From: Candidatus Zixiibacteriota bacterium
GTDB lineage: Bacteria; Zixibacteria; MSB-5A5; CAIYYT01
Reading direction: 5' to 3'
Length of the DNA stretch: 45,302 bases
Assembly: GCA_040235515.1 (NCBI GenBank)
Contig: JBECKX010000203.1
Coordinates: 1 to 45,302, forward strand
The notes below the pieces were generated by a model. The model saw only the letters and a list, made by a program, of their open reading frames with translations, had not been told where the DNA came from and ran no database searches. Positions 1 through 9,640 of the stretch are shown in pieces. Both the position numbers and the translations under genes were made by a program. The number at the start of each line of letters is the position of its first letter. Position 1 is the first letter of the stretch.

Positions 1-621
1 GTCCTGTCGCGTCCGATTGCCTATCTCTTCTTTTTGATCTACCTGATCCAGTCATCGGTGCTGGTTTATTTCGTCTACGAGTATTACGAGAACCAGGAGT
101 TGATTGCGTTCCAGCAGAAGCGGATCACCGAACTGGAGGAGCGCCTTCAGATTCTCGACATCATCGAGGATTTCCAGGTTGGTTTCAACGACAAAGAGGT
201 GGGGCAGCTCGCCAACACGATTTATGATGAGAGCAAGAAGTATGGCTACGATCCGCGTCTGATTATGGCGGTTATCCTGACCGAGAGTTCCTTCCGCAAG
301 GGACAGATGTCTCATGTGGGGGCGCAAGGTTTGATGCAGATCAAGGCACGAACAGGGGCCGACGTGGCGACGCGGCGCGGGCTGGGCTGGCAGGGGGAGA
401 GGCCACTTTTTGACCCGGCGTTCAATGTCAAGGTTGGGAGCCTTTATCTGTTTGAGCTGATTCTGAAATTTGGTGATGTAAAGAAAGCGCTTGTTGCCTA
501 TAATCTGGGTGAAACAGAATTGCGACACCGTCTGATCACGGGGCAGAAGATTCCGTCGCAGTATCTCAAGAAAGTTTTAGTACGCTACCGAGAGTTAGTG
601 GAAAATTACCCGGATGTTTAG
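1..621 (+). CDS. Lytic transglycosylase (SLT domain) with N-terminal TM segment and coiled coil; 5' end probably outside the window
   Basis: The frame is open from base 1. Motifs AVILTESSF (catalytic Glu), GAQGLMQI and AYNLG match SLT motifs I-III. Confidence 0.9.
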   Translation, partial: VLSRPIAYLFFLIYLIQSSVLVYFVYEYYENQELIAFQQKRITELEERLQILDIIEDFQVGFNDKEVGQLANTIYDESKKYGYDPRLIMAVILTESSFRKGQMSHVGAQGLMQIKARTGADVATRRGLGWQGERPLFDPAFNVKVGSLYLFELILKFGDVKKALVAYNLGETELRHRLITGQKIPSQYLKKVLVRYRELVENYPDV

Positions 622-1297
622 CTGCGCTGACAAGCGTCGATTTTTCCAGATTACGAATTCCCCCCTTGAGCACTTCCTGGTTGCTCTGCTGTTTGCGATC
701 CTGGTTGTGGGTTTGCCGCAATCGAGTGATGCGCAGACTGCCTCACGCAATCGTCCACCTGACAATGCAAAATTCGTCGTAGCGGGTCTTGAATCATTCG
801 CCGATACGCTGCTAACGCGCGGCGAGGCATTTCTGGGTATGTCCCGCGTCTCGCTTACGGTTGAGGCGGGCAGGTATGCGGAGCAGCTTCTCAATGCGCT
901 GACGGCTGAGCTGACATCGGTTCGCGAGATGGAGGTTTACCTGCAGCCGCCAGATTCGTTGCGGTTACCGAGATTGGAAACGAGACTGGATGCGATCGAG
1001 CTGTCATACGTCGGAATAGGCAGGGGGGTATTGAAGTTTCCGGCAATAGACCGGAGGTTGTTGCTGAGCGGGTTCGGGAGGGTGATCGACTCTGATGGCA
1101 AGCTGCTGAGCACAATATCGGTTGCGGATTTGGTTTTTTCCGATACGTTGAGCTACGCTGATGCGGAAGCTGCGAGGGGTTATGAGCCGTTTCTGGCGCC
1201 GTCGCTGCCGGCATCACCATATCGGCGCCTGGTCGAACCGGGATTGGTATTGACGATAACCGGCGCACTGGTCTACGTGTTTTTTGCGTCGCGGTAG
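614..1297 (+). CDS. Hypothetical exported protein with a C-terminal membrane anchor
   Basis: Hydrophobic N-terminal segment (LVALLFAILVVGL) and C-terminal TM (GLVLTITGALVYVFF). Overlaps the previous stop; start codon uncertain. Confidence 0.7.
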   Translation: MFSCADKRRFFQITNSPLEHFLVALLFAILVVGLPQSSDAQTASRNRPPDNAKFVVAGLESFADTLLTRGEAFLGMSRVSLTVEAGRYAEQLLNALTAELTSVREMEVYLQPPDSLRLPRLETRLDAIELSYVGIGRGVLKFPAIDRRLLLSGFGRVIDSDGKLLSTISVADLVFSDTLSYADAEAARGYEPFLAPSLPASPYRRLVEPGLVLTITGALVYVFFASR

Positions 1298-1319
1298 TTT
1301 GTCTTTGTATAAGGATTGT

Positions 1320-2195
1320 ATGAAAAAGAGATCAACATCGGATAGAGTGACTGTTTCGGGCATGATCCGCGTCGGCATGCTGCTCGCGATTGCGGCGGTG
1401 TCTTTCACGCTGCTGAGCATCATCGGTTGTGCAGCGGGTGGTTCTTCGGGATTCATTGCCGATCCACGCGCGCAGTATGATCTGGCGATGCGCCTGTTTG
1501 AGGAAGGAAACTACTCTGAGGCTACGAAGCAGTTTCAGCGTTTGTTGTTAGGGTTCCCCGGGCTGAGTTATATCGACAGTGCGCAATATTTTTATTCGCG
1601 GTCTTACCATGAGGATGGCGAATATCATCTGGCGGTCGCTGAGTATCGCCGTGTCATAAACAATTTCCCGAGTTCAGACCTGGTCGATGATGCGCAATAC
1701 CTGATCGGTAAGGCTTACTTTGATGCATCGCCGGAGAATCCGGGGCTGGATCAGACAGACACCGAGGATGCAATCCGCTGGCTTCGGACATTCCTTGAGG
1801 ATTACCCCTATTCGCCGCGCAAGGTAGAAGCAGAGCAGACTTTGTCGCAGGCGATCGAACGCCTGGTCTCGAAGCAGTTTAAGAATGGGAAGCAGTACTA
1901 CAAACTTGGGTATCTTTCGGCGGCACGGATCTACTTCGAGGATCTGGTAACGTCGTATCCCGAGTCGGGTCGTGCCCCTGAGGCGCTCTATCTGCTGGCG
2001 CGTATCGATGAGCGGCAGGAGAAGTATGGCGACGCCCGCGACAAGTTGAACAACCTAATCCATGCCTTCCCAGATTCGGAGTTCGCCGGAAAGGCGAAGG
2101 AGCGCCTGCCGGAAGTTGAGCGGAAGGTTGCGGAGGCAGGGGCGAATCAGGAATCGTCGTCGGTCACTGAACCTGTGCAAGCAGCCGGAGAATAG
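1320..2195 (+). CDS. bamD: Outer-membrane protein assembly factor BamD (TPR lipoprotein)
   Basis: Lipobox IIGC, TPR helices with FP/YP turns, and a DQTDTEDAI..F...YP.S motif typical of BamD/YfiO. ATG 1320 has an AAGGA Shine-Dalgarno. Confidence 0.85.
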   Translation: MKKRSTSDRVTVSGMIRVGMLLAIAAVSFTLLSIIGCAAGGSSGFIADPRAQYDLAMRLFEEGNYSEATKQFQRLLLGFPGLSYIDSAQYFYSRSYHEDGEYHLAVAEYRRVINNFPSSDLVDDAQYLIGKAYFDASPENPGLDQTDTEDAIRWLRTFLEDYPYSPRKVEAEQTLSQAIERLVSKQFKNGKQYYKLGYLSAARIYFEDLVTSYPESGRAPEALYLLARIDERQEKYGDARDKLNNLIHAFPDSEFAGKAKERLPEVERKVAEAGANQESSSVTEPVQAAGE

Positions 2196-2200
2196 CGCTG

Positions 2201-2791
2201 GTGCATGGCGTGGCTGAACGGCTGGGAATCCTCGGGGGAGCCTTCGATCCGCTGCATATCGGACACCTGATCCTTGCCGAGCAAGCGCGCTGGCAGCTTG
2301 GACTTGAGCGCGTCCTTTTCATCCCGTCGTTTGACCCGCCGAAAAATCACAAATCAATCGTTACATCATTTGCGCATCGTTGTGAGATGCTCACGCTGGC
2401 GCTTGAGGGGATCGACTACTTCGAGGTTTCGCGCATCGAGGAGGAGCTGGAGCCGCCAACATTTTCGGTTCGGATGCTTGAAGCTTTGAGTCGAAAGCTA
2501 CCCGGAGCTGAGTTCTATTTCCTGATGGGCGCCGATTCGCTGGAGCAGCTTGACTCCTGGTACGAACCGGAGCAACTGCGGAAGCTCTGCAGGCTTGCGG
2601 TTGCGCGGCGGGTGGGACATCGGGAAGAGGATGAGCACGAAGTGACGTGGCTTGAGATGCCGTTGATCGCAATTTCGGCGTCCGAGTTGCGCCGACGGGT
2701 GGAAAAAGGGATTTCGCTTCGCTTCCTTGTCCCTGATCGTGTCATCGAGTATATTGCCGAGCACAATTTGTACAAATCGGATCGGGACTGA
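2201..2791 (+). CDS. nadD: Nicotinate-nucleotide adenylyltransferase
   Basis: GGAFDPLHIGH, FLMGADSL and ISASELR motifs. Confidence 0.95.
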   Translation: MHGVAERLGILGGAFDPLHIGHLILAEQARWQLGLERVLFIPSFDPPKNHKSIVTSFAHRCEMLTLALEGIDYFEVSRIEEELEPPTFSVRMLEALSRKLPGAEFYFLMGADSLEQLDSWYEPEQLRKLCRLAVARRVGHREEDEHEVTWLEMPLIAISASELRRRVEKGISLRFLVPDRVIEYIAEHNLYKSDRD

Positions 2792-2842
2792 CTCGGTCGT
2801 AATCGACTACCCGCAACTTCAATCGATAGGTAACCTGGGCAG

Positions 2843-5536
2843 ATGGCTTCAAAGAGTAACTCGCTGTATCTGGTTGATGGAAGCGCGCTGGCATATCGCT
2901 CCTATTTCGCTTTCGCACAAAATCCGCTTCGCACGAAACGCGGGGAGCATACTTCGGTCGTCTATGGATTCGCCACGACGTTGCTGCGCCTCCTGAACAA
3001 AGAGCAGCCGACTCATATTGCCGTCGCGCGCGACACCAAGCATAAGAATTTCCGCCATGAGCTTTACTCGGAGTACAAAGCCACCCGCGAACGGATGCCG
3101 GAGGAAATGGTGGATCAGCTGCCACGGCTGGATGAATTGCTCGAGACGATGGGGATTGCGAACCTGGAAGTGAAGGGATACGAGGCTGATGATATTATCG
3201 CGACGCTTACGCGGCAGGCTACGGAGGCAGGTTGGGAAGTCGTGATCGTTACGGGGGACAAGGATCTGTTTCAGCTGGTCAATGACAAGGTCAGGGTATT
3301 CAATCTGCGCAAGGTATCTGAAGCGGGCGAGTGGTTTGATCCGGCTGCCGTGAAAGAGAAGATGGGTGTGCCGCCGGAATTGATCCGCGACTTATTGGCG
3401 TTGATGGGGGATACTTCGGACAATATCCCGGGTGCCAAGGGTGTGGGCCCCAAGACAGCGGTGAAGCTGCTCGAGGAGTATGGCGACCTCAAAGGTGTTC
3501 TGGAAAACATCGATAAGATCAAGCGACCGAAATTGAGGGAGTCGCTGGAAGAGTTTAAGGAACGTGCCGAGACGGTAAAGCAACTGGTTGACCTGGCTTA
3601 CGACGTCGATGTCGGCAGCAAGATTGAGGATCTCCAGGCGCCTGCCCTGGATGATGCAAAACTCAAGAATCTCTTCGTTGAGCTGGAGTTCACTTCACTG
3701 ATCAAGTCACTCGGGACTTCGGAGTCGGCTCAGCCTGACATCAAGCAGCAGTATGAAACGATTGATTCAGAAGCTGCGCTGAAGAGGGTTGTGGCAGCCA
3801 TCAAGAAGAAGAAGCTGTTTGCCTTCGATACCGAGACCACCGGACTGGACTGGCTGACATGCAAGCTGGTGGGTATTTCGCTGGCGACCGATGTGGGAGT
3901 AGCGTGTTACATTCCGCTGGCGCATGCGGAGGGGAAGAACCTGGATGCCAAGCTGTGTCTCGAGTTGCTCGGACCGGTTTTTGAGGATAAGACGATCAAG
4001 AAGATCGCGCAGAATTTCAAGTATGATTATCACGTGCTGGTACGGCATGGTTACGAGATATCGAGTTTTGATCATGACCCGATGCTGGCATCGTATGTGC
4101 TTGACCCTGCGGGACAGCATGGGCTCGATGCGCTGGCGTTGAAGCATTTCGACTACACGATGCAGCCGATCAGTGACCTGATCGGCAGCGGCAAAAAGCA
4201 ACTTACGTTTGACAAGGTGCCGATCGAGAAGGCGTCGTTTTATTCAGCGGAAGATGCCGACTTCACCTTTCGCCTCAACCAGGTGTTAGAGCCGGCGGTC
4301 AAGGAGATTGGCGGTGACAGGTTGCTGCATGAGATCGAGCTACCGCTTTCGCGTGTCCTGGCCACGATGGAGCGCACGGGTGTCCGAATTGACGTACCGT
4401 TCCTCGAGTCGTTGTCGGAGGAGATTGCCGCAGAACTGGAGAGGATCATCGCTGACATTTATGAGCTTGCGGGTGAGGACTTTAATATCAACTCCACGGC
4501 GCAGCTATCGACGATTTTATTCGAGAAGCTCAAGCTGACGCCGCTGCGTAAGACGGCAAAGAAGACCGGTTACTCTACGGATGTGAATGTGCTGACCGAA
4601 CTGGCGAAGCTGCATGACCTGCCGAAGCGGATACTCGACTACCGGAAACTGCAGAAATTGAAATCGACCTACATCGACAGCTTGTCAAAGCTGGTGAATG
4701 CGGAGACCGGGAGAATCCATACATCTTACAATCAAGCGGTTGCCGCTACGGGTCGGCTGTCCTCGACCGATCCGAATTTGCAGAATATTCCGATCAAGAC
4801 GGAGGAGGGAAGCCGGATCAGGATGGCGTTCATACCCAGCGACAGCGATCATCGGATCATGGCCGCTGATTACTCGCAGGTTGAGTTGCGGGTGCTGGCG
4901 CACTTCGCCAAAGAGGATGCGCTGGTGGAGTCGTTTCGGAACAATGAGGATATCCATCGACGAACCGCCTCGGAAGTTTACGGCGTTGCCCTGGATGCCG
5001 TGACCGCCGATCAGCGTCGGGTGGCGAAGACGGCGAATTTCGCCGTGATCTATGGTGTCACCGCGTTCGGGTTGTCGCAGCAATCTGATATGACGGTGGG
5101 GGAGGCGAAGGAGTTCATCGATATCTACTTTGCCCGCTACCCCAGGCTACGGGAGTTTATCGAGAGTACGATCAAACAGGCGCGCAAGGATGGTTATGTG
5201 ACAACGCTGTTCGGCCGCCGGCGTTATCTTCCCGAGATAAATTCGAGCAACAACTCCCGCCGGCAGTTTGCGGAGAGAACCGCGGTGAATACCATTATTC
5301 AGGGAACCGCGGCGGAGATGATCAAGATTGCGATGATCGAGATTGACGAAAAATTGAGCAGGCTGAAATCAAAGATGATCATGCAGGTGCACGATGAACT
5401 GGTGTTTGACATTCATGTCGATGAGACAGAGAAGATGAAGAAGATCGTGCGAGAGAGCATGGAGAACTGCGTCAAGCTGGATGTCCCGGTTACGGTTGAG
5501 ATGGGGATCGGCCCCAACTGGCTTGATGCGAAGTGA
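2843..5536 (+). CDS. polA: DNA polymerase I
   Basis: 5'-3' exonuclease (LVDGSALAYR, EADD, GDKD), 3'-5' exonuclease (FDTET), and polymerase motifs (DYSQVELR, AKTANFAVIYG, QVHDE). Confidence 0.99.
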   Translation: MASKSNSLYLVDGSALAYRSYFAFAQNPLRTKRGEHTSVVYGFATTLLRLLNKEQPTHIAVARDTKHKNFRHELYSEYKATRERMPEEMVDQLPRLDELLETMGIANLEVKGYEADDIIATLTRQATEAGWEVVIVTGDKDLFQLVNDKVRVFNLRKVSEAGEWFDPAAVKEKMGVPPELIRDLLALMGDTSDNIPGAKGVGPKTAVKLLEEYGDLKGVLENIDKIKRPKLRESLEEFKERAETVKQLVDLAYDVDVGSKIEDLQAPALDDAKLKNLFVELEFTSLIKSLGTSESAQPDIKQQYETIDSEAALKRVVAAIKKKKLFAFDTETTGLDWLTCKLVGISLATDVGVACYIPLAHAEGKNLDAKLCLELLGPVFEDKTIKKIAQNFKYDYHVLVRHGYEISSFDHDPMLASYVLDPAGQHGLDALALKHFDYTMQPISDLIGSGKKQLTFDKVPIEKASFYSAEDADFTFRLNQVLEPAVKEIGGDRLLHEIELPLSRVLATMERTGVRIDVPFLESLSEEIAAELERIIADIYELAGEDFNINSTAQLSTILFEKLKLTPLRKTAKKTGYSTDVNVLTELAKLHDLPKRILDYRKLQKLKSTYIDSLSKLVNAETGRIHTSYNQAVAATGRLSSTDPNLQNIPIKTEEGSRIRMAFIPSDSDHRIMAADYSQVELRVLAHFAKEDALVESFRNNEDIHRRTASEVYGVALDAVTADQRRVAKTANFAVIYGVTAFGLSQQSDMTVGEAKEFIDIYFARYPRLREFIESTIKQARKDGYVTTLFGRRRYLPEINSSNNSRRQFAERTAVNTIIQGTAAEMIKIAMIEIDEKLSRLKSKMIMQVHDELVFDIHVDETEKMKKIVRESMENCVKLDVPVTVEMGIGPNWLDAK

Positions 5537-5624
5537 GGATCAGCAAGAACCGCCGACCGGCATGAAGAAGCATCGTGATAATGAGAACAGCGCCACAGAA
5601 CACCCATCAACTTGAGTCTACTCT

Positions 5625-6860
5625 ATGAGCAAGCGCCGCAAGAGTTCCGGCAGAAGGCCGCAACAACGTACCCGTAAAAAGCAATCACAACCACGTCAAA
5701 GCTTGTTGCAGAGGCTGGCAGGGCAGAGGAAACGAATTCTGCTGATTGTGGCTGTCATCGCGTTTGCGGTGGCGGCGTACTACCAGATCGATCGATTAGG
5801 GAAGCCATCGGTCGAGGAGCGGCTGGCGAGTGCGCGTCACAATCTTATGCTGGGGCGGGTGCAGGATGCGATAGTGGACTATCATCGTGTACTCAATGAG
5901 CTACCCGACAACGAGCAGCTTCAGTATGAACAATACCTGGCTCAGACGCGGGCGGGGGCTGTTTCCTCACCGGGTGCAGACCAGGTTGTAGCAGCGGCGC
6001 AGCGAGTGAAGAACAGGGGTTCGTATCCGTTGCTTGGCTCGGTGTTGCTGGCCCAGATGTACCAGCAGACGGCGGAGAGTGATGCGGCTGCGGCAGAGGC
6101 GCTGCCAGCGCTGGAGCAGGCGGCTGCCCTCAACGACTCTGCAGCGCAGGTTGCACTGTATGAAGTCCTTGCGATGCACTACCGCGAGGCCGCGAACTTT
6201 GATTCCTCCCTGTTGGTCTCGAAGGCCGCAATCGGTATCGCGACGGCGCTCGACGATTCGTTTCATGTCGCGGTATCTCAGTTGACAGCGGGCATTGCCG
6301 CGCTGCATATCGACAGCCTGGAGTTTGCGGGCGAGGTGTTCCACCGGTTGATCGGGTATACGGGGATATCGAGCGGCGAGATTGTGCCGGTTGCAACGGT
6401 AGCGCTGGCGGATAGATACGAAAAGTCAGGACAGAGTGATTCTGCGCTCTTCTATCTCAGACGGGTCGAGACACGGCTGCGTCCCAACGCCAGGGATGCC
6501 GTGGCGGCGTATGGGTTTACCGTAATGGGAAACACCAAATGCGCTCAGGGCGAGCATGACGCGGGAACGGAGTTTCTGGAACGCGGCATAGAAGTTTATC
6601 GATTGCTGGGAAATGTCTATGAGGGAATGCTTGCGATGAACAGCATTGCGGCCTGCTACCGCGATGCTCGTGATTGGTACAATGCGCGCAAGTACTACAT
6701 GGCTGCCGGTAACCTGGCGAAGGAGTACGGGCATAGTGAGTTGAATTTGTACAGCGCAGACCTGAATGTTCGCTTCCTGAAAGAGTTGTCGCAGAGCGAC
6801 TATAAGCGCTCAGGTGAAGAAGGGCTTGAGCTTGCGGCACAATTCTCTCGGAGAGAGTGA
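5625..6860 (+). CDS. Membrane-anchored TPR-like helical repeat protein
   Basis: Very basic N-terminus, one TM segment (ILLIVAVIAFAVAAYY), Ala-rich helical repeats. Overlaps the coaE start (GTGA). Confidence 0.75.
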   Translation: MSKRRKSSGRRPQQRTRKKQSQPRQSLLQRLAGQRKRILLIVAVIAFAVAAYYQIDRLGKPSVEERLASARHNLMLGRVQDAIVDYHRVLNELPDNEQLQYEQYLAQTRAGAVSSPGADQVVAAAQRVKNRGSYPLLGSVLLAQMYQQTAESDAAAAEALPALEQAAALNDSAAQVALYEVLAMHYREAANFDSSLLVSKAAIGIATALDDSFHVAVSQLTAGIAALHIDSLEFAGEVFHRLIGYTGISSGEIVPVATVALADRYEKSGQSDSALFYLRRVETRLRPNARDAVAAYGFTVMGNTKCAQGEHDAGTEFLERGIEVYRLLGNVYEGMLAMNSIAACYRDARDWYNARKYYMAAGNLAKEYGHSELNLYSADLNVRFLKELSQSDYKRSGEEGLELAAQFSRRE

Positions 6861-7474
6861 TGCTGAGCGTCGGCATTGTCGGACAGATGGGTACCGGCAA
6901 GAGCACGGTAGCTGATGAGTTTGTGCGCTGCGGTGCGGAGTTGATTTCTGGTGATGAAATCGGACGGCAGGTTGTGGAGTCGAATCGTGGGATTCAGGCG
7001 CGGCTCGTGGCTGCGTTCGGAGCGGAAATCCGCAGCAGGAACGGTGGGATAGAGAGGGCGATCCTGGCAGAGAAGGCCTTTGCCGGTCCGGAAAGGCTCG
7101 AACAGCTAAATGCGATCGTCCACCCAGCGCTGCTCAAGGAGTTGCGCCGCCAGATCAAAGAGTGCCGGCGTCGTGATACAGCGCCGATGGTAGTTGTGGA
7201 TGCCGCACTGATCTTCCAGTGGGGACTTGAAGCTGAGCTGGATGTCACGATCTTCGTCGATGCGCCTCGGAGTCGACAGCTTGCCTGGCTGAAGCGGAAG
7301 GGGATATCCCGCGGCGAAGCGTTGAGCCGTATCTCTCTTCAACTCCCCAAGTATCGCCAACGGGAACTGGCTGATTTTGAGCTTCGCAATGGCGGTTCGG
7401 TGGAGGATTTGCGGCGCAGGACGCGGCGATTGTACCGGAAGCTGCTATTGAGATTTCCCACTTCAAGTTCCTGA
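6857..7474 (+). CDS. coaE: Dephospho-CoA kinase
   Basis: P-loop GQMGTGKST, LNAIVHP and VVDAALIF motifs; usual position downstream of polA. Confidence 0.95.
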   Translation: MMLSVGIVGQMGTGKSTVADEFVRCGAELISGDEIGRQVVESNRGIQARLVAAFGAEIRSRNGGIERAILAEKAFAGPERLEQLNAIVHPALLKELRRQIKECRRRDTAPMVVVDAALIFQWGLEAELDVTIFVDAPRSRQLAWLKRKGISRGEALSRISLQLPKYRQRELADFELRNGGSVEDLRRRTRRLYRKLLLRFPTSSS

Positions 7475-7482
7475 CTCTTAAC

Positions 7483-7545
7483 CATAGACTTCGATCATAG
7501 ACTTCTATCATAGCCTGCTATCATAGACTTCAATCATAGTCTTTG
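7483..7545. repeat. 13-bp tandem repeat, ~4.5 copies (CATAGACTTCNAT)
   Basis: Units catagacttcgat, catagacttctat, catagcctgctat, catagacttcaat, then catagtctt. Confidence 0.9.
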
Positions 7546-7936
7546 TCCGCTGAGCCTGCGATGAGCTTAGTCTTGGCTTTCGCTTCCGTTTGATCAACGA
7601 ATTTTCGCGGATATGCGTTCAGGCAAGGCATCAAACAAGTGGGGTAAGCTGCACTTCTACAATGAAATAGCAACGACAGTTAAACCGGGTTTTCAGATAT
7701 CGGTTTCTGGGGGGAGTCTGCGACATTTTCTGGATCGGGCAGGAGATTGCGGTTTATATTCGCATCGCCCTGCAATTGCATAATATGTTGTGTGTTAGAG
7801 TGTTAGCGATTCTCGCGCGATTTCGGTGGGCGGGTAGTCAGGAAAAGTTGAGTTAATTCAGGGGTTTTACATTTGCCGGTGACAACATATGACACTAACC
7901 GTCATTATACTGGGGCTGGCTGCTAGAAAAGCCCCG

Positions 7937-7992
7937 AAAAAGGGAGATAATAGCGGGGAATCTATGGTCCAAGGTAGATCCCCGCTATTATC
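7937..7992 (-). terminator. Long hairpin followed by a pyrimidine tract on the minus strand (possible terminator)
   Basis: gataatagcgggga(a)tcta at 7946-7964 pairs with tagatccccgctattatc at 7975-7992; the minus strand continues tccctttttc. Confidence 0.45.
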
Positions 7993-8145
7993 GGGGGATC
8001 CGAATTACTCCAGACAGATGAATATTATCGAAGCCTGCCTGCTGCGTGCCGGCGGAGGGGTTGGTTGACCCTGGGCCGGCTATGAGTTTCGCAAGTCACG
8101 CCCGAGCGAAAATTGCGTCAACGGCACAGCAGAAGTCTCACCGGC

Positions 8146-8170
8146 GCAACATTTTGACACAACCTCCGTA
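8146..8170 (+). promoter_or_regulatory. Candidate ECF-sigma promoter (GCAAC-N16-CGTA)
   Basis: gcaac attttgacacaacctc cgta lies ~40 nt upstream of the GGAGG/ATG of the 8213 gene and fits the AAC-N16-CGT ECF pattern. Confidence 0.4.
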
Positions 8171-8212
8171 GACCTAAGTAAAATACTCAGATCGAAATCG
8201 AATGGAGGATTC

Positions 8213-9469
8213 ATGCTACGACTCGTTAAACTTCATCTTCTGGCGTTGTTCGCGCTCAGCTTGCTAATCGGTGCAACGTCAATCTATGCGGCTTCGGGTC
8301 GAATTTATGGCAAACTGACTACGGTCGACAATGACGTCTTTGAGGGATGGATTCGTTGGGACAAGAATGAGGCGTTTTGGGATGATCCAATCGATGGAAC
8401 GATTGAGAAGGATCGGTTTTCTGACACCGGCAAGAAGGGGCGACGCTACAAGGATAAACGCGATCGCACCTTCGACTTCTTCGGGTTGGCAAACCGTGAG
8501 GGGAGCAGTGTCTGGTTCGGCTCCGACTACGCATCATCATCACAGCTTCAATTCGGTCACATCAAGACATTATACTGCGACGGGGAGGACGAGGCGCGGG
8601 CGCTGCTGAAGAGCGGGCAGGAGGTGACATTTGTCTCCGGCGCGGATATCGGCAGTTCGGTGCGTGAGATTTTGCTGACAGATATCAATGAGGGTGATAT
8701 TTACTTCGACTGGGATGATATCGACAAGATCGATTTCATGGAAGAGCCGCGCGAGCCGAATGATGGATTGAAGCGGCTTTACGGTCGCGTTTCCACCCGG
8801 CGTGCCGGTGAGTTTACCGGCTGGATCGAGTGGGATGTGGATGAGGTTTTCAACCGCGACTATCTGGACGGTGACGAGGACCGTGACCGGCAGCGCAAGA
8901 TTCCTTTTGAACGGATCGCGGTAATCGAGCGACGTTCGTCATCATCCTCATCGGTGACGCTCACCGATGGAAAAGAGCTTACGCTACGCAACTCCAACGA
9001 TGTGAACTCAGAGAACAGGGGAATCGTCGTCAAGTCGGCGGAGTTCGGCAAGATCAAGGTGGACTGGAAGAACTTCGAGAAGGTGGAGTTCATGGAGGCG
9101 CCGACCAAGGATCTGCCGCGCTATGATGACTTTGACGGTGGAGCGATGATCAGGGGCGAAGTGGAGACGGAGTTCGGCGAGAAGTTCGAGGGTGAAATCG
9201 CCTGGGACAATGATGAGCAGTGGACGTGGGAACACCTGAATGGTGAGTATAAAGACCTGGAGATGGATATTCCGTTCTCGGTGATCATGTCGATCGAGAA
9301 GAGTTCGCAGCGCAGCGCGTTGGTGACGCTCAAGAATGGCAATCAGTATCTGTTGAGCGGTTCGAATGACGTGGATGAGGACAACAAGGGAATCTTCGTG
9401 ATCAAGAATGGTGAGGTCATGGAGCAGATCGACTGGTACGATTTCAGAAAGCTTGCCGTCAAGAATTAG
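8213..9469 (+). CDS. Secreted hypothetical protein with three ~130-aa internal repeats
   Basis: Signal peptide and strong GGAGG SD. Repeats read IYGKLTT..FEGWIRWDKNE, LYGRVST..FTGWIEWDVDE and IRGEVET..FEGEIAWDNDE. Confidence 0.85.
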   Translation: MLRLVKLHLLALFALSLLIGATSIYAASGRIYGKLTTVDNDVFEGWIRWDKNEAFWDDPIDGTIEKDRFSDTGKKGRRYKDKRDRTFDFFGLANREGSSVWFGSDYASSSQLQFGHIKTLYCDGEDEARALLKSGQEVTFVSGADIGSSVREILLTDINEGDIYFDWDDIDKIDFMEEPREPNDGLKRLYGRVSTRRAGEFTGWIEWDVDEVFNRDYLDGDEDRDRQRKIPFERIAVIERRSSSSSSVTLTDGKELTLRNSNDVNSENRGIVVKSAEFGKIKVDWKNFEKVEFMEAPTKDLPRYDDFDGGAMIRGEVETEFGEKFEGEIAWDNDEQWTWEHLNGEYKDLEMDIPFSVIMSIEKSSQRSALVTLKNGNQYLLSGSNDVDEDNKGIFVIKNGEVMEQIDWYDFRKLAVKN

Positions 9470-9640
9470 GGGCTACAGGCGTCTGCGAGGAGTCTGGGCT
9501 TCGTGGCTCGCTTAAGGAGAAAGCATACTCGAAAGCACCGTTAACTGTGTGCCCATAATGGAAATGACAGAAATGCGGTTGATGCCCTGCCCGGGGAATC
9601 GACGCAGCAAATCTTCCTCACAGTTATCTGTTTCACCGTC

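Noticed and set aside
7483..7545. Possible mini-CRISPR array
   Set aside because: 13-bp units are directly adjacent with no spacers, and there are no cas genes.
7613..7783. 56-codon + strand ORF in the coaE spacer
   Set aside because: No SD, atypical codon use and no motif.
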